From: the human T2T-CHM13v2.0 reference genome, Homo sapiens
Direction: 5' to 3' (one strand)
Assembly (NCBI RefSeq): GCF_009914755.1
Contig: NC_060930.1
Length of the DNA stretch: 64,000 nucleotides
Below are positions 39,475 to 52,566 of this stretch, piece by piece (position 1 is the first letter of the stretch; every line of letters begins with the position of its first letter). A program made the translations under genes and the position numbers. The notes beneath the pieces were generated by a model. That model had not been told where the DNA came from. It saw only the letters and a list, made by a program, of their open reading frames with translations, and did not search any database.

Positions 39475-42400
39475 CCAAGAATTTGCATTTTTAAGGAGCT
39501 GTCTAGATTATTCTAAAGGCAGCCAGTTTTAGGTCTCATTGACTTAGAGAAGAAGAAGCAGGTAGGGGAATGTTAAATTGAGTACGTGTTATCTTTGGAA
39601 AGGTCTTTTAAATGTCAGCTGAGATTAGTTTATCTGGTTAGGTTGGTGACTGAGACGTGGAAATATGGGATTGGAGACCCTCAAGTTTCCTCAAGGAGAA
39701 AGAAGCATCTGCAGTTTTCTAGGGGAAAAGCCACAAAGCACGAGATGGGGCCTGAGCTTTGGTGAGGGCTTCCCAAGGGGAGCGCTGACAGTACAAAAGC
39801 ATTCTTTCAATGTTATGAGGTTCTCCAGTAAAGCCCCACTAGATATTTGAGCTTTGTAAACTGTCTCTTCAAGTTTCTTAAAATCTTTACATAAGTTATT
39901 CAACATGTTTTGAATCATTAAGAAATCTAGGTAAAGTGGGTGAAAAGGGCATTTTGTAGAAGTATAAAATAATCTAGGCTGTCGGAGATGGCTTTATAAG
40001 CGCGTCTAAACTATTCCCAAACTACTGAGAAGTCTGTTTTATGATAAAATCATGATGTAATGAAGAGAAACAACACATTCAGAGTGCTTTTCCTATTGAA
40101 AAAGCTAAAATTTTGACAAATTCAGATACCCTAATAGTAAGATGCTGGTTCTGCCACACCTCTTTTTAGCACTGAGTCCTATCTAATAAAAGAGATAAAT
40201 GGCCTCCTGGGGCTTAGAGACCATGGAAAGTCACATCTGGTAGCTTGCACCTGGCTGACCTATTCACAGAAAAGGCCAATGTAGTGCAAAAGGGCATTTT
40301 TTTTTTTTTTAATTTAAATCAGCTCTGCTGGAGGGAATTGAGCAGCGGTCAGGGGAGGTTTTCATCCTTTCATACCATTCCACTCACTGAGTTGGTTCCT
40401 TCAACTATGGCTGGGAGGGCCATGACTCTGCATTTGATACCGCTATAGCAAGCTACCCTTAGCCTTTTTGTCACTAGTGCAAAATTGGAAATTCAATTAT
40501 TTCTATATTTTCTGAATTGATTCATGATCCAAATAAAAACTCAATCACTTTATTTTATTACAACTTGTTTTAGGACTGGGTTCCATTGCCTTTACAAATA
40601 TTCTAATATTGTGTTTTGTATTTCATATTCATTTTATTTGGTAAGTTGAGCTTTCTTCAACAACTGGTTGTCATGAAAAAATTTTCTTTTTTTGCTGTTT
40701 TCAAATTTGAAACTTTTCCTAGAAAAGTTCTAGGTTCTAGGAAAACCATTTGGCAGAGAGGCAAGTTGGAGTCAGGTTATAAAGAATACCATTTTTGATC
40801 TCAGTACTGTGATGCTCCACTAGTACCCACAATATGCTTTTCTAAAACGTAGGAAGTAAGGTTGGGCCTTTCATAAAGTTTGTAAGTTTTGAGATGCCTG
40901 AATTCTGGGTGAAGTACTCGTTGGATTAGATTGGAAGACTGTCCCTTAACTAGATCCAGAATGTCTCCAGTCAGAGTTGGTTTCTATCCTGTATTTTCCA
41001 GTGGATGCCTATATGCTAAATCTAAGGTTTAATATCACAACTCTTCTCTTCAGATCATCAGTTTAAAATGTTAACAACATCAGAAAGACCATGTTTAGTT
41101 ATGTTAAAAGTGACTTTTTCTAAATTTCCTACTCTATCTTTTAACTTTTCTATTTCTCCATTCAAGTTTAAATGGCCTAGAAAGAAAAGGCAGTACTTAC
41201 CCAGATAATACAAAGATTTGCCCTCTGGTGTTTATGGACCCCAAGTCCTCAGTCACTGATGACCTGAATTTCTAGCTTATCTGATAAATGCTGAGCTTTC
41301 ACATCACCTCATTCTGAAGAGCCAAGTTCATACTGAAATAATTTTCCTTTTATTCAAAGCAAAATATCAATATGCCAAGAATAGTCTACCCCTTCAAAAG
41401 AGAAAAGTCAGGAATCTTTGAGACTATTATGTATAATTATTTTATGTTTAGCTAAGGCACTTTTTAAAAGGCTTTAAATATATACTTTAGTTTTTTTTAA
41501 AAAGAGTTTTATGTAGAGTTCAAATATTTAGTTTAACATGTTTAAGTTTCAATGATTCATGTCAAAATAAAATTACACATTAGCTAAATGCCAAACAAGC
41601 TTGACATGGAGATGAGTCAGATCTGGGCCATTCTGGCTCCAGACTGCAAAGTGCTGTTAAGTATTTCCGCATTATGCATGCCATCTCCCTACAGAGCACC
41701 CTCTCTCAGCATTCAGACCATGAGCTTAGGGGAGTTGCACTAGAAATAAGGAGAATACTCCATTTCTGTTCATTTATCATGGCTGAATTGGTATAATGAA
41801 TGGTGACAAATAGGCCTTTTTCATCTACACAACAGTTACCATTACCTTTCAATGGTTTCTGCTTGTGTGTTAAAAATAGCAAGTTTAATTACACAAAAGC
41901 TGGTGGAGGCATGTGGTGTGAATTTAATGGGAGGAACCAGAGAGAGGCTGCTGGACATCAACTTTGATCCTGCATAGGGAGATAAAACTATATAAATATA
42001 CACATGGAATGAGCTGTTAGAGATTACAGAAGTCATATGAAAATTTACTTCTTCACATCAGTGTTGTATTTATCTAGAAAACGTGACAGATTGAGAGCAA
42101 AAACAACTGCTAAATATGATTCCTTGATTTCCTTCTGTCTCAAGAGTTAAACACACCTCTGAATTCAAACTGTATGTGAAATGTTAATTTTGCAAGATGT
42201 CTTCAACCTAATTTCAAGAAGTGCTGAAGGTTTGATCATGGTATTTAACAAAATATCATCAGTTAGGAGAGAAGAGCCCATCATAACATTGTCAGTTGGG
42301 TAGTAAAATTCTTATATATAAAATCGACTTGATAAAGTGTGGCCCCAAAATGTAATTATTACCACTAGACAACCATTTAGAGTTATTTGACATCTATTAT

Positions 42401-42674
42401 ATGTCAATAAATCTACCTGGAGGTGGATCACAAGCACATAAAAGATTTTCTTTAATAGCCCACAGTTAATGTATTTTCCTTATCGTGATTGATTATGACA
42501 TAATTCTCTGTAAATTTTCACCTCTGGAAAATAAAAAAAAAATTGATAATACAAAATGAGCTATCTTGCCAAGCACTTTGATATTGAGAAAATGCAATTT
42601 GTTGCATCTAAATATTAATGGCATGCCTTATTTTAAGTACATATTGATTTTTACTTACATACTTGTGAGACGAA

Positions 42675-42980
42675 GTTTATTTTATTATTTTTGAAAAAGA
42701 GTCTACCTCTGTTGAATAGGCTAGAATGCAGTGGCATAAACACAGCTCACTGTAGCCTCAACCTCTCAAGCTCAAGTGATCTTCTCACCTCAGCTTTCCC
42801 AGTAGCTGGGACTACAGGTGCCCACCACCACACACATCTAATTTCTGTATATTTTTTGTAGAGATGGGGTTTTGCCATGTTTCCCAGGCTAGTTTTGAAC
42901 TCCTGGGCTCAGGCTCAAGCTATCCACCCGCCTCAGCCTCCCAAAGTGCTGGGATTACAGGTGTGAGCCATGGCACCCAA
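42675..42980 (-). mobile_element. AluJ SINE
   Basis: 'cacagctcactgtagcctcaacctc', 'tcctgggctca'; flanked by (c/t)gaagttt. Confidence 0.92.
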
Positions 42981-44260
42981 CGGAAATGAAGTTTTTTTTT
43001 TTAAAAAAAAAAGAATAACTATAATAATGCGTAAAAGTATGCTCATCAGTGCTTTATCTCAATTTTCTTTAAGAATACACAAATTTGAAAACTATCTGGT
43101 ATAACTATTACTCAGATCTAAATAAAGATAAAAACAACTATCACAAAAATTGCCTTAATGACCAACTGGATGAATGTGTAAAACTGCACATTAGAGAATT
43201 GTGTCACAAAATCACAAATGATGATATTTTAATGTTCTTTTATACTTTACAGTGCTTAGTAGTGTTTTTTTTTAATTGGAACAGGCGGGAAGCCACTTAA
43301 ACCTACACTTGTCCTAGAGGTTTAGATGGCTTTTTGTGGGTTTTAAAATGTAAAATGGCATGGGATAGATACATTTCCCTTCCAGAGTTCTATTGTGACA
43401 ACTTTAAAGAAGACTAAGAGCAAAATTATATTCTTACTATCTGTTTATTAAAATGGAAATACCATTGTTAGCTTCTAGATAAATAATATAAATCATTCTT
43501 CAGCTATTGCAACTAACTAATTAAACACAGAATTAACATTTGCTATGGGCCAGGCACTGTGTAGAAGCTGGAAATATAAAGAGTCATACATAGTGCTGGA
43601 TTTTTTCTTTTCTTTTCTTTTTTTTTTTTTTTGGTGCATGAAAAAACAAACCGTGTCTTCCTGGAGTTCACAGTATCGTTGGGACGATAAGAAAATGTTA
43701 GAAAAGATGATCATATGCAAGCAACCTGGTAAATTGTTTGGGATTGAGTATAAGGATAGTTAACAAAGAAGGCAGAACACAGAAGGCAGAAAGGGAGAAG
43801 CCAGTGTGTACTGAAACATTTAGGGAAGCACTGATGAGGGTAAGGATGATAATGGTCCCAAAGAGAAGCGTTTCATCAGCCTAAAATCTATATATGTTTG
43901 TATCCTACAATTTTGAATATGTTTTGGTTTGTGTTATCAGAATAAGAACAAAGAGTCAAAGCAATGTGAGTTTGGACTCTATTGCAAATCAACCCTGTTA
44001 TTAATCCCTTTTTAACTTTTGCTTTTGCAGAGGTCCTAGCAGAGAGAACTCACCCCCTACTACATCACCTTTCCTTCTCTTTTCCCAGTGGTGCATCCAT
44101 ATTTCTTTCCCTTCTAGCTTAAACATTTTAGAAGGATCAATTTCACAAAATTCAGAACACTCATGATTTTGGAAGGAAACAGTAGTAATACCATGTACAT
44201 ATAAGAAATCTTAAAGGATAATTATAAATTAGCCTTAAAAATTTTTGATGATGTCATAGA

Positions 44261-44293
44261 TGTGTGTATGTATGTGTGTGTGTGTGTGTGTGT
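44261..44293 (+). repeat. (TG)n microsatellite
   Basis: Direct inspection. Confidence 0.9.
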
Positions 44294-46009
44294 ATAGAGC
44301 ATTTCCAAGGCCATGACCTTATATGCCTCAATAGAGTGGCTAGACAAATAAGAAAAAATTATATCCTGGGAAGTTAAGGTAAGGATTGGTGTTCACTAAA
44401 GTAAGAACTTCCTGAGGAAAATATAGTTGTCTTTCAATTATAAAGGGATGATACAATTCTGAATATATTTTCCCCTGTAGCATTACAATTATGGCAATAA
44501 TATTTAGATTTTCTTATATTAAACTCTTATAGTCCTCCTTAAATTTTCCCCAATTTCTACATGATTTTTTTTTCTTAAAATTAAATCACCTTATTTTGTT
44601 TTCCCATGGAAGTATGCACCCTTGGCCTCAAGATGGAAAGTTATTTGCTTTACTATTCATGATTCAGCAGGGTATTTTATGGCCAGTAAGAGTTGCAGCT
44701 TAAGTGCATATCTTCTGTACATACAGAGGTCAGAAATAATTTGCTTCATGATATAGGAATTAAAATCAATACTCTTACTTCCTTAAAAAACAAACATAAC
44801 ATAATGTAAATGAGAAATGAGTAAATTATTAATAGATAGGTTTATCTAAAATATAATACCAGCTAAGCAAGGTCAACTCAGAGAATAGAGCTTTAGGAAG
44901 CAGAGCAAGTTACAGGAAGTGAGAGGAAGTTAGATCCATCACCGCAGCTTTGTCTTCAGAAAGCCAATTTCACCTGAGGGGTTTCAAGCCATATTACAAA
45001 CATCCTTTTAACTGTCCCTGTGAATAAGTGCCTGTTGTGATGATATTCAGCTTGAGGATTAAAAAAATGGGGAGAATAGAAGTCTTGGCCATGGTATCTT
45101 GGGGGTACTCCCAGGTTTCTCATTAACACTTAACTGGCATTCAAGGGAGAGAGAGTCCCATTGGATGCTGTCTGGGTGGTTCCAGCACCATAATTTTCAT
45201 TTCCTGTGCCTTTATATTTGCTCTCTGTGCAGGATTTAGACAAATCCTATACTCTAGAAGGACCCTCTTCTTACTCTGTGCTTGATATACTTCCACCTAT
45301 TGAAAAATGTAGTGAGCTGAAGCTGAAGCTGGCTGGGTTAGTTGGAGAAGGCATTTTCTTCTTCCTTCTCAGAGAACAGAGTTTATCAGATACCATGTTT
45401 CTGGGCCCTGCCCTACTTTCTGATTTCTACATAGAGTCTTGTTTTTTCTTTTTATGTCTTAAGCCAAGAATGGGTATTTCTGTGCATCTGAAAAAGCATT
45501 TCTCCTAGAAAGAGGAAGGCCGGCTTGTGAGCCTGACCCTCTTGAAAAATAAATGAATGTAAAACTCATAAGCAGTGAAGTCAGAATCAACTTTGAATTT
45601 CGCTTTCTTACCTTCTGTACATGTAATTTATTTATATTTGTGGGATCCTTTCCATCACTTTCAAATCATTACTTCCATAGCAATTTATCCTTTTATTTAT
45701 TGAAACAAACAAATTTAACTTTTAGTATTGGTGCCGGGATGTAGGCATATACGAAGCAATCCCTTACCTTAAATCACTTATAATTTAATAGGAGGGACTT
45801 ATACAAATGAATCATACTAAGTCACAATGAAATAATCTGTAATGAACATATGTCCCAAGTACTATGATGGCATAGGGGAGATATGGTTATTGCTAACTGG
45901 TAAGAGGCAATGCTATATGCATAATTTTGCCAATGGAGGAATAACCAGCATTTCTTCCTTTTTCAACCTGCTTGGGACCCTTTAATGCTGAGGTGTAACA
46001 GTTTTTTAA

Positions 46010-46170
46010 AAGTTCCCAATACAAAGAAAGGATAAGTGTTTGAGTTCATAGATATGCTAATTGTCTGATCTTATCACTATATATGTATCAAAACATCGTT
46101 ATGTACCCCATAAATGTGTACAGTTACTATGTGTCAAATACCTTTTTTTTTCCAAAAAAAAAGAAGAAAA
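46010..46170 (+). mobile_element. 5'-truncated L1MA-type 3' end with A-rich tail
   Basis: 'ttcccaatacaaagaaaggataagtgtttgag...tatgctaatt...gtatcaaaacatc...atgtaccccataaat'. Confidence 0.8.
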
Positions 46171-47354
46171 GCTTCTACTTGTTGACCAGTGAAGGCAAGG
46201 TAAAAGTTAACCAACAGAGAGGAATTATGAGCTCTATTGTTGGGTTACTGAGAGCCAGATCATAGATTTTTGATTATGTTCAGCTCATATCATGGAAGAT
46301 GGCTGTTGAGCTTACGTATATGATGTGTACATATAATATTCACAATTCTAATGGAGAAAATACTTCATAAACAGGAGGGGATTTGAAATATTATCTTTCT
46401 AGCAGAGCTTTCTGAAGGAATTGCATTGCTCTTTGACAATTAAATAGATCGCTAGTAGAGACCTGTTGGACCTCAGGATCTCAGGGCCTCACAGAGACTA
46501 CAGTCTAACAGAGGATCATTTGAATCTAGGGCATGAGTACTTTACCAAGAAAGGACACTAAAACACCACAAAAAGGAAAGCTTGTGCAGAGACATCACAT
46601 AGGCACACAAGGTGGGAGGTAATTTATCATAATGGCTTATTTAACCACAAGGGAAAACAAGTTGGAGTGACATTGTTTTCCTCACCTCCTTCCCCTGAGG
46701 AATCCAAGAGATTACCACAGTCTTATGTAATGGACAGCAATTTTCTTCACACTATTTTGCTTTGTTCCTAGTCCCTAGCAGATAATAATAATAAATAATT
46801 CCTAAAGACTATCAATGTATTCCCTCTCAAATCTTACCCTCCTACAGATTGTATGAACTCATGAAATATGGTTTTACTTTCTGGGCCTCTTTTTCGTCAT
46901 TTACCAACAACAAAGGAAAAACTAAACAATATATAATATTTAAGGCAGTTTCTAGTTAAAACAACAATATGAGTCTACAAATCTTTATCAAGATGGGTGG
47001 CACCAAGTTCCAACACGTTATGTAAAAGACATTGAAGATATACATTTCTGCATTTATACACATACATTTAAAATAATATTTATTTATTACACATATGTAT
47101 ATAAATGTGCCTATTTTTCTAAAATGTTGATAAATGCATGCTATGAAAATATTTGACACTATTGTTCCAATATCGTAGATTGTAAACTTTGTTAAAAAAG
47201 AGAGAACAGTGAACCAAATGTTAGAAGACTGGCATTCTAGGCTCCTCTGCGCCACTCAGTAATTTTGTAATACTGGACGTGTCACGCATACTCACTGGGC
47301 CTCGGAAGAAATTGGAGAAAATAATCTCTTTTAGATCTACAATTGTGTGAAGCT

Positions 47355-47697
47355 TCTATTAATCGAGATAGGAAAGACTATGTACACTGTGTAGTAACAA
47401 ATTAAACTTCAAATCTTGTGGCTTAAAACAACAAAAGTTTGTCACTCATGAAAAGCCTGATTACAAGTAGAGAGATACTTGGTAATGACTGTTCTCCATG
47501 TGATGTCTCAGCTGATGCAAACCAGTCTGCTTGAATATTGTGTATCTACCACTGTATACACGAACTCCACCTTCACCATTACAGGGAGTCCATCTCAAGC
47601 CACATTGGCTCTTCTCACATTTCATTGGCTGGAACAGAATCATAACCCTCCTTAACTGCATGGTAGCTAGCTTGATATATACTTGGAAAACAACTAT
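47355..47697 (-). mobile_element. Old MLT1-type LTR fragment, interrupted by MLT2A
   Basis: 'gtaacaaattaaacttcaaatcttgtggcttaaaacaacaaaag', 'ctcacatttcattggctggaaca'. Confidence 0.6.
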
Positions 47698-48214
47698 TGT
47701 ATTAGTCAGGATTCTCTAAAGGGACAGAACTAATAGGATAGATGTATATATGAAGGGGAGTTTATTAGGAGAATTGACTCACATGATCACAAGGTGAAAT
47801 CCCATAATAAGCTGTCTCCAAGCTAAGTAGCTAGGAAGCCAGTCTGAGTCCCAAAACCTCAAAAATAGGGAAGAAGACAGTGCAGCTTTCAGTTTGTGGC
47901 TGAAGACCCAAGAGTTCTTGACAAATCACTGATATAAGTCCAAGAGTCCACAAGCTGAAGAACTTGGAGTCTGATGTTTGAGGGCAGGAAGCATCCATCA
48001 CTGGAGAATGATGGAGGCAAATCTGCTTATTCTGCTTGCTTCTGCCTGCTTTATCCTAGCCATGCTGACAGCTGATTAGATGGTGCCCACCCAGATTGAG
48101 GATGGATCTGTCTCTCTCAGTCCACTGACTCAAATGTTAATCTCCTTTACACCCAGGAACAATACTTTGCATCCTTCAATCCAACCGAGTTGACACTCAA
48201 TACTAACCATCACA
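47698..48214 (-). mobile_element. MLT2A (HERV-L) solo LTR
   Basis: TG...CA ends 'tgtattagtcagg.ttctcta.agggacagaactaatagga' ... 'gttgacactcaata.taaccatcaca'; perfect 5-bp TSD actat. Confidence 0.92.
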
Positions 48215-49876
48215 ACTATAAAATGAAATTGGGTGGCCACATATTGATTCTGCCATAGTGCTAAATTAGAGCGGGGAATACATCCAGTGAAATAGTTTCT
48301 CCTGTCCCATGTTTAACATCATGGCATTTAGAACATGCTTGTTGTCCAGTGCTTTCTGAAAAAGCAGGAGAATTTTCCTCTTTACTGAGGGACACTTCAA
48401 GTTGCAGGGTGGTCCTGAGACTTTTCTTGCACTTTTGACACATTAGGAAATCTTGTATTACATACCCTAATAAGTTAGGGTATGTAATATGACTCCCACT
48501 CCTTTCCCTCAAGTTGGATGGTGAGAAATTTGTGTTCCCTTCATCAGGCACTTTGGGAGTGGGAGGAAGTGACTGGGGTTTTCATGACACGTGTGCCAAA
48601 ACAAGGAGGGCTCTTGGGATATTTTTTGGAATGAAAAATATAAATGGAAAATGAGAAGAACAAAAAAAGATTAGTCTTTTTTGTTGTTGTTGTTGATTTA
48701 GAAGGTTTTCATGTCCTATGTAATTTTTGTTTTTTTTTTTTTTTGGCAGAAAGAAGTGTTGAAGAAGAGAGAGACAGAAGAAAATCACCATAAAAAGTCA
48801 GACACGAGAGCTTAGAAGTCAATTAAGACAGGGCTTGGAAGGGGCATTAGGTAGGAAATATCAGCTTTGTACTTTGCTATTTCTCTTTATCAAAGTAAAG
48901 GGACTTTATCTTGATTGAATGGCTTCCACAGAGGGGCCTAGGTGGTTTATGCAATAGAGTAGATGATGACAGATAACACACTCTGGTCAAAGCCTTTGGG
49001 AAGGCATTGTGCGTACAAAGATTTTTCCAGGGAGATTTGCTTCTGCCCACTAATTGTGGTCATGTATTTTATGGCCTTGGGAATACCATGGCCACTAGTG
49101 TAAGTCCCAGAGCAGCAGAAGCAGTGTTCAGGTCTGGTTCAGCAAAAGCTGTAGCTGCATGGACTTCTCAGGGTGTTTCTGAAACCACCCTTGAAAAAAT
49201 CACTCAGGGCTTCTTAATTTTTATAACCAATTATGTATTTCCCTGCCCCATACAGCGTAATTTGCTTACAGTGGCTACTATTGACCACACCTGCCTTTTA
49301 AAACTCTCTCCTCTAATTTTTAGCCCCTATCTTTTCATGTTTGTCCCTTCATCTGGCTATTATATTTCCTTAACATCATCAGTAAACACCTTTTCTGCCA
49401 ACTCTTTAAATACTAACATTGTCTGAAACTTTATCCTTGGTTTTGCTTTCTTCTCCTTCGACATGTTTTCCTTAGGTAATCTTATCTATTCTAGTAACAT
49501 TCAGCTACCACCCAAACTCTTTAAAATGACAAACTCTGGGTCAATCCAACCACCCACTTTCTCCGTATCTACACCAGGGCTACATTCACTGAAGAAAATA
49601 AGAGAAAGAAGCAGTTGGTGCTACTCCACAGTGATGGTCTCCAGGCTGAGCTAGGCCCTCAACACTGCCTGGCCATCTTTATATTTTCTACAGACATAGC
49701 CCTCTCTTAATCTCTACAGGGGCAATTTTATAGCTTCTCCTACACCTATTGACAGATAACTTCACATTTTATTGAATGATTTGAAATAGAAACTATTAGA
49801 CAGTTTATCAAGAAGAGGTGAATGGTCAGTGGTATTAGATGTTGCACAGAAGTCAAGGAAAAAAAGACGGGATTTA

Positions 49877-49956
49877 TTAGCTTGGTGCAAAACTAATTCT
49901 AGTTTTTGCAATTAAAAGAAATAGCAAAAACCTCAATTACTTTTCCACCAACCTCA
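49877..49956. mobile_element. MADE1 (Hsmar1-derived 80-bp MITE)
   Basis: 80-bp near-palindrome ttagcttggtgcaaaactaatt...aattacttttccaccaacctca flanked by TA. Confidence 0.9.
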
Positions 49957-50384
49957 TAGAAATAAGGCTATGATTGGTTACTTTAAGATTTTCAGCAGAG
50001 GAGTTGTGGAAAATCACACTGCAGTGGTTTAACAAAACTAATGGGGAATATGAAAGGGAACTTTGCATTCCTAAAAATGTTTAATAAAAATCTTATTACA
50101 GAGAGAAGGAAAGAGCTAAGGTAATAGTTGGAGGGCCACTTCAATGCCACTAGTGGTGGAGGGTATTCAAAAGGTCAGAGAAAATCAGCATGTTTTTATC
50201 CTAATGGAAAAGGGACCAGTAAAGACAAAAGTTTGAAAGCAATTCCTTTGCTCTAAAAACATTCTCATGGTTTTTCTCTAGATTCTCTACCGATGTATAT
50301 TCTTGGTCAGAGAGATAGGAAGAGTAAGTCTCACATTTCTGGCTTAGACTGGTTGGATAGCAGGGCCCTTCACTGAATTGCAGT

Positions 50385-50648
50385 GGTAACTGTTTCTCAG
50401 AGTATCTGTGGTAAAGGATAAGCTTTCTGGTTTTAGTTTTTAAATTTCTTTTTCATTGCATACTTTGTAAAATGCAGTAAAAATAAATTAGTAGAAGCGT
50501 GTTAGTGCAGGAAGATGTTGCAGCATTGCCAAAGTGCTATGAAGGTTTCTAAATGCCTTCTCTTAGTTTCTGTACTTATTTAACCATGGACTAGTTCAAG
50601 TAATCCCTGACCATCACTTGTCCATTGCTCACATTTTCAGTAGCCCTG
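50385..50648 (-). mobile_element. MER5C-like hAT-Charlie element within L2 remnants
   Basis: 'tgctatgaaggtttctaaatgcc...tttctgtacttat...catggact', ends 'cacattttcagtagccctg'. Confidence 0.65.
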
Positions 50649-50987
50649 ACTTAAAGAACATATAGGAGCTAGCAATGTGGAGGATGGTGATAAATTTCAT
50701 TTTGGACATGGGGAAATTTAAGCCCACCTGATGGGCATCCAAACAGAAGCATTCAATAAGTAATTGGGTAAATAACATGACAGATGCTTTAGAGAAAGGT
50801 TAAAGAACCCACAAAATAATGCTGTAAAATGGAAAATTAAAATATGACATATTTGTATTATGGTAAGCTATTCAGAAGTGAAGAATGAAAGCATTAAAAT
50901 TAAGTGTTCCAATATAGAAAGAACTCCAAGATATGTTATTGAGCCAAAAAAAAGTTAGGGTATGTAATATGACTTAAAATTATATTT

Positions 50988-51197
50988 GTATTATATATAT
51001 ACACACATATGTACATATATACACACGCATATACATACATATGTATACATGCATATATATACATACATATATAATGTGATATAATATATAATATGATATA
51101 TATGTATGTATATGTGTGTATATATATAAATACATTGGTATATATAAATACATTTATATATATATACACACATATATATACAAACACACATACACAT
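50988..51197. repeat. (TA/CA/TG)n low-complexity tract within an L1ME-like remnant
   Basis: Direct inspection. Confidence 0.9.
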
Positions 51198-51529
51198 TTA
51201 GTAAGTCTGGAAGGTTATATGTCTGTGAACAGTAGTTACCTTTGATAAGAAAGGTAGGTTTAATGAGGAATGTGACAGGTTAGATTCACATGTTACTTTT
51301 CAAGTTAACTTCTATATTGGTTTTCTGCAGTTTTCTTTTTACAGAATTAATGCATTTTTTTGCATTGATTCTGTATTTTTTAACAGAATTAATGCATTTT
51401 TTGGGAATTAAAAATAAGAATCATACAGTTTTCATAGATAATGCAATATATTGCTTGTAAAATACATAGAAATATAAACATAATCAGTGGCTTGTTTTAG
51501 TTTCATTTTGTAGTAATTATGTAATTAAA

Positions 51530-51790
51530 GGAGGCAATTTAGCATCATGGATAAGAGCGCTTCAGCACCCTATAATCATAGATTCAAGACCAGCTCTACC
51601 ACTTATAGAATCACTTGTGTGATCCTGGATAACTTTTTTACCTCTCAGCCTTAGTTTCCTCATCATTAAAATGGAGATAGTAATGGTGCCTACCTTGTGT
51701 TATTATTGTGAGGATTAAAATAGTTACAGAATATAATGCAGATAATATGCATAGCTCAGAGCTCAGCAAGTCTGCAAATTTATAAATGCT
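51530..51790 (+). mobile_element. MIR SINE
   Basis: 'ctgtgtgatcctgg-like...cagccttagtttcctcatcattaaaatggagatagtaat...gtgaggattaaa'. Confidence 0.85.
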
Positions 51791-51999
51791 ACATCCCTTA
51801 AGTATTTTATTGTTAGACTCTTCAAATAGGTGGAATTATATAAACTATGAAATCAGCAGTCACCTCTTTTTTCCCCGTTGTGCATTTAGATTATAATAGC
51901 AAAGCAAGAGGGCTAGATTATTTTTGTTTTCACTTTGTGTGTTTATCCATTTTTGTATGCAAAACTTAGGAGTAGGCAATAGTCAGGCCTTCGGAAAGA

Positions 52000-52200
52000 A
52001 CATGAGTTGAGGGCCAGACAAAGCTTTAGAGTGTGGGTCTGTTATTTGCTGTGTGATCTTGGGCACATAACTTGTCTATAATTTAGTGTGCTTATCTGTA
52101 AAATGGCACTGATATTTCTTCCCTCCTTGGGCTGTTGTAAAGATTGACAGATATAATCTATGGAAAGGCCCTTGCAGAGCAGACACTCTATAAATATTGT
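52000..52200 (+). mobile_element. MIR SINE
   Basis: 'gctgtgtgatcttgggca...atctgtaaaatgg...ggctgttgtaaagatt'. Confidence 0.75.
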
Positions 52201-52267
52201 CTTTCCCTTTTCAGAACAAGGAAGCATTTTTCAAAATTCAGTATTTCAGTATTGAAAAAAAATACAG

Positions 52268-52566
52268 GTTTTATTTTATTTTTTTGAGATAGGGTCTCAC
52301 TCTGTTGCTCAGACTGGAGTGCAGTGGCCTGATCTCAGCTCACTGCAACTCTGGTTCCTGGGCTCAAACGATCCTTCCATCTCAGCTTCCCGAGTACCTG
52401 GGACTATAGGCACACACCACCATGCCTGACTAATTTTTGTATTGTTTGTAGTGATGAGGTTTCACCATGTTGCCGAGGCTGGTCTCAAACTCCTGAGCTC
52501 AAGCTACCCACTTGCCTCCGCCTCCCAAAATGCTGGGATCATAGGCGTGAGCTACTGCACCCAGCC
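52268..52566 (-). mobile_element. AluJ SINE
   Basis: Full Alu on reverse strand, 'ctgggctcaaacgatcct'. Confidence 0.92.

Noticed and set aside
51336-51402. Short tandem repeat of 'acagaattaatgcattttt'
   Set aside because: Ordinary ~40-bp slippage duplication in an old L1 tail.
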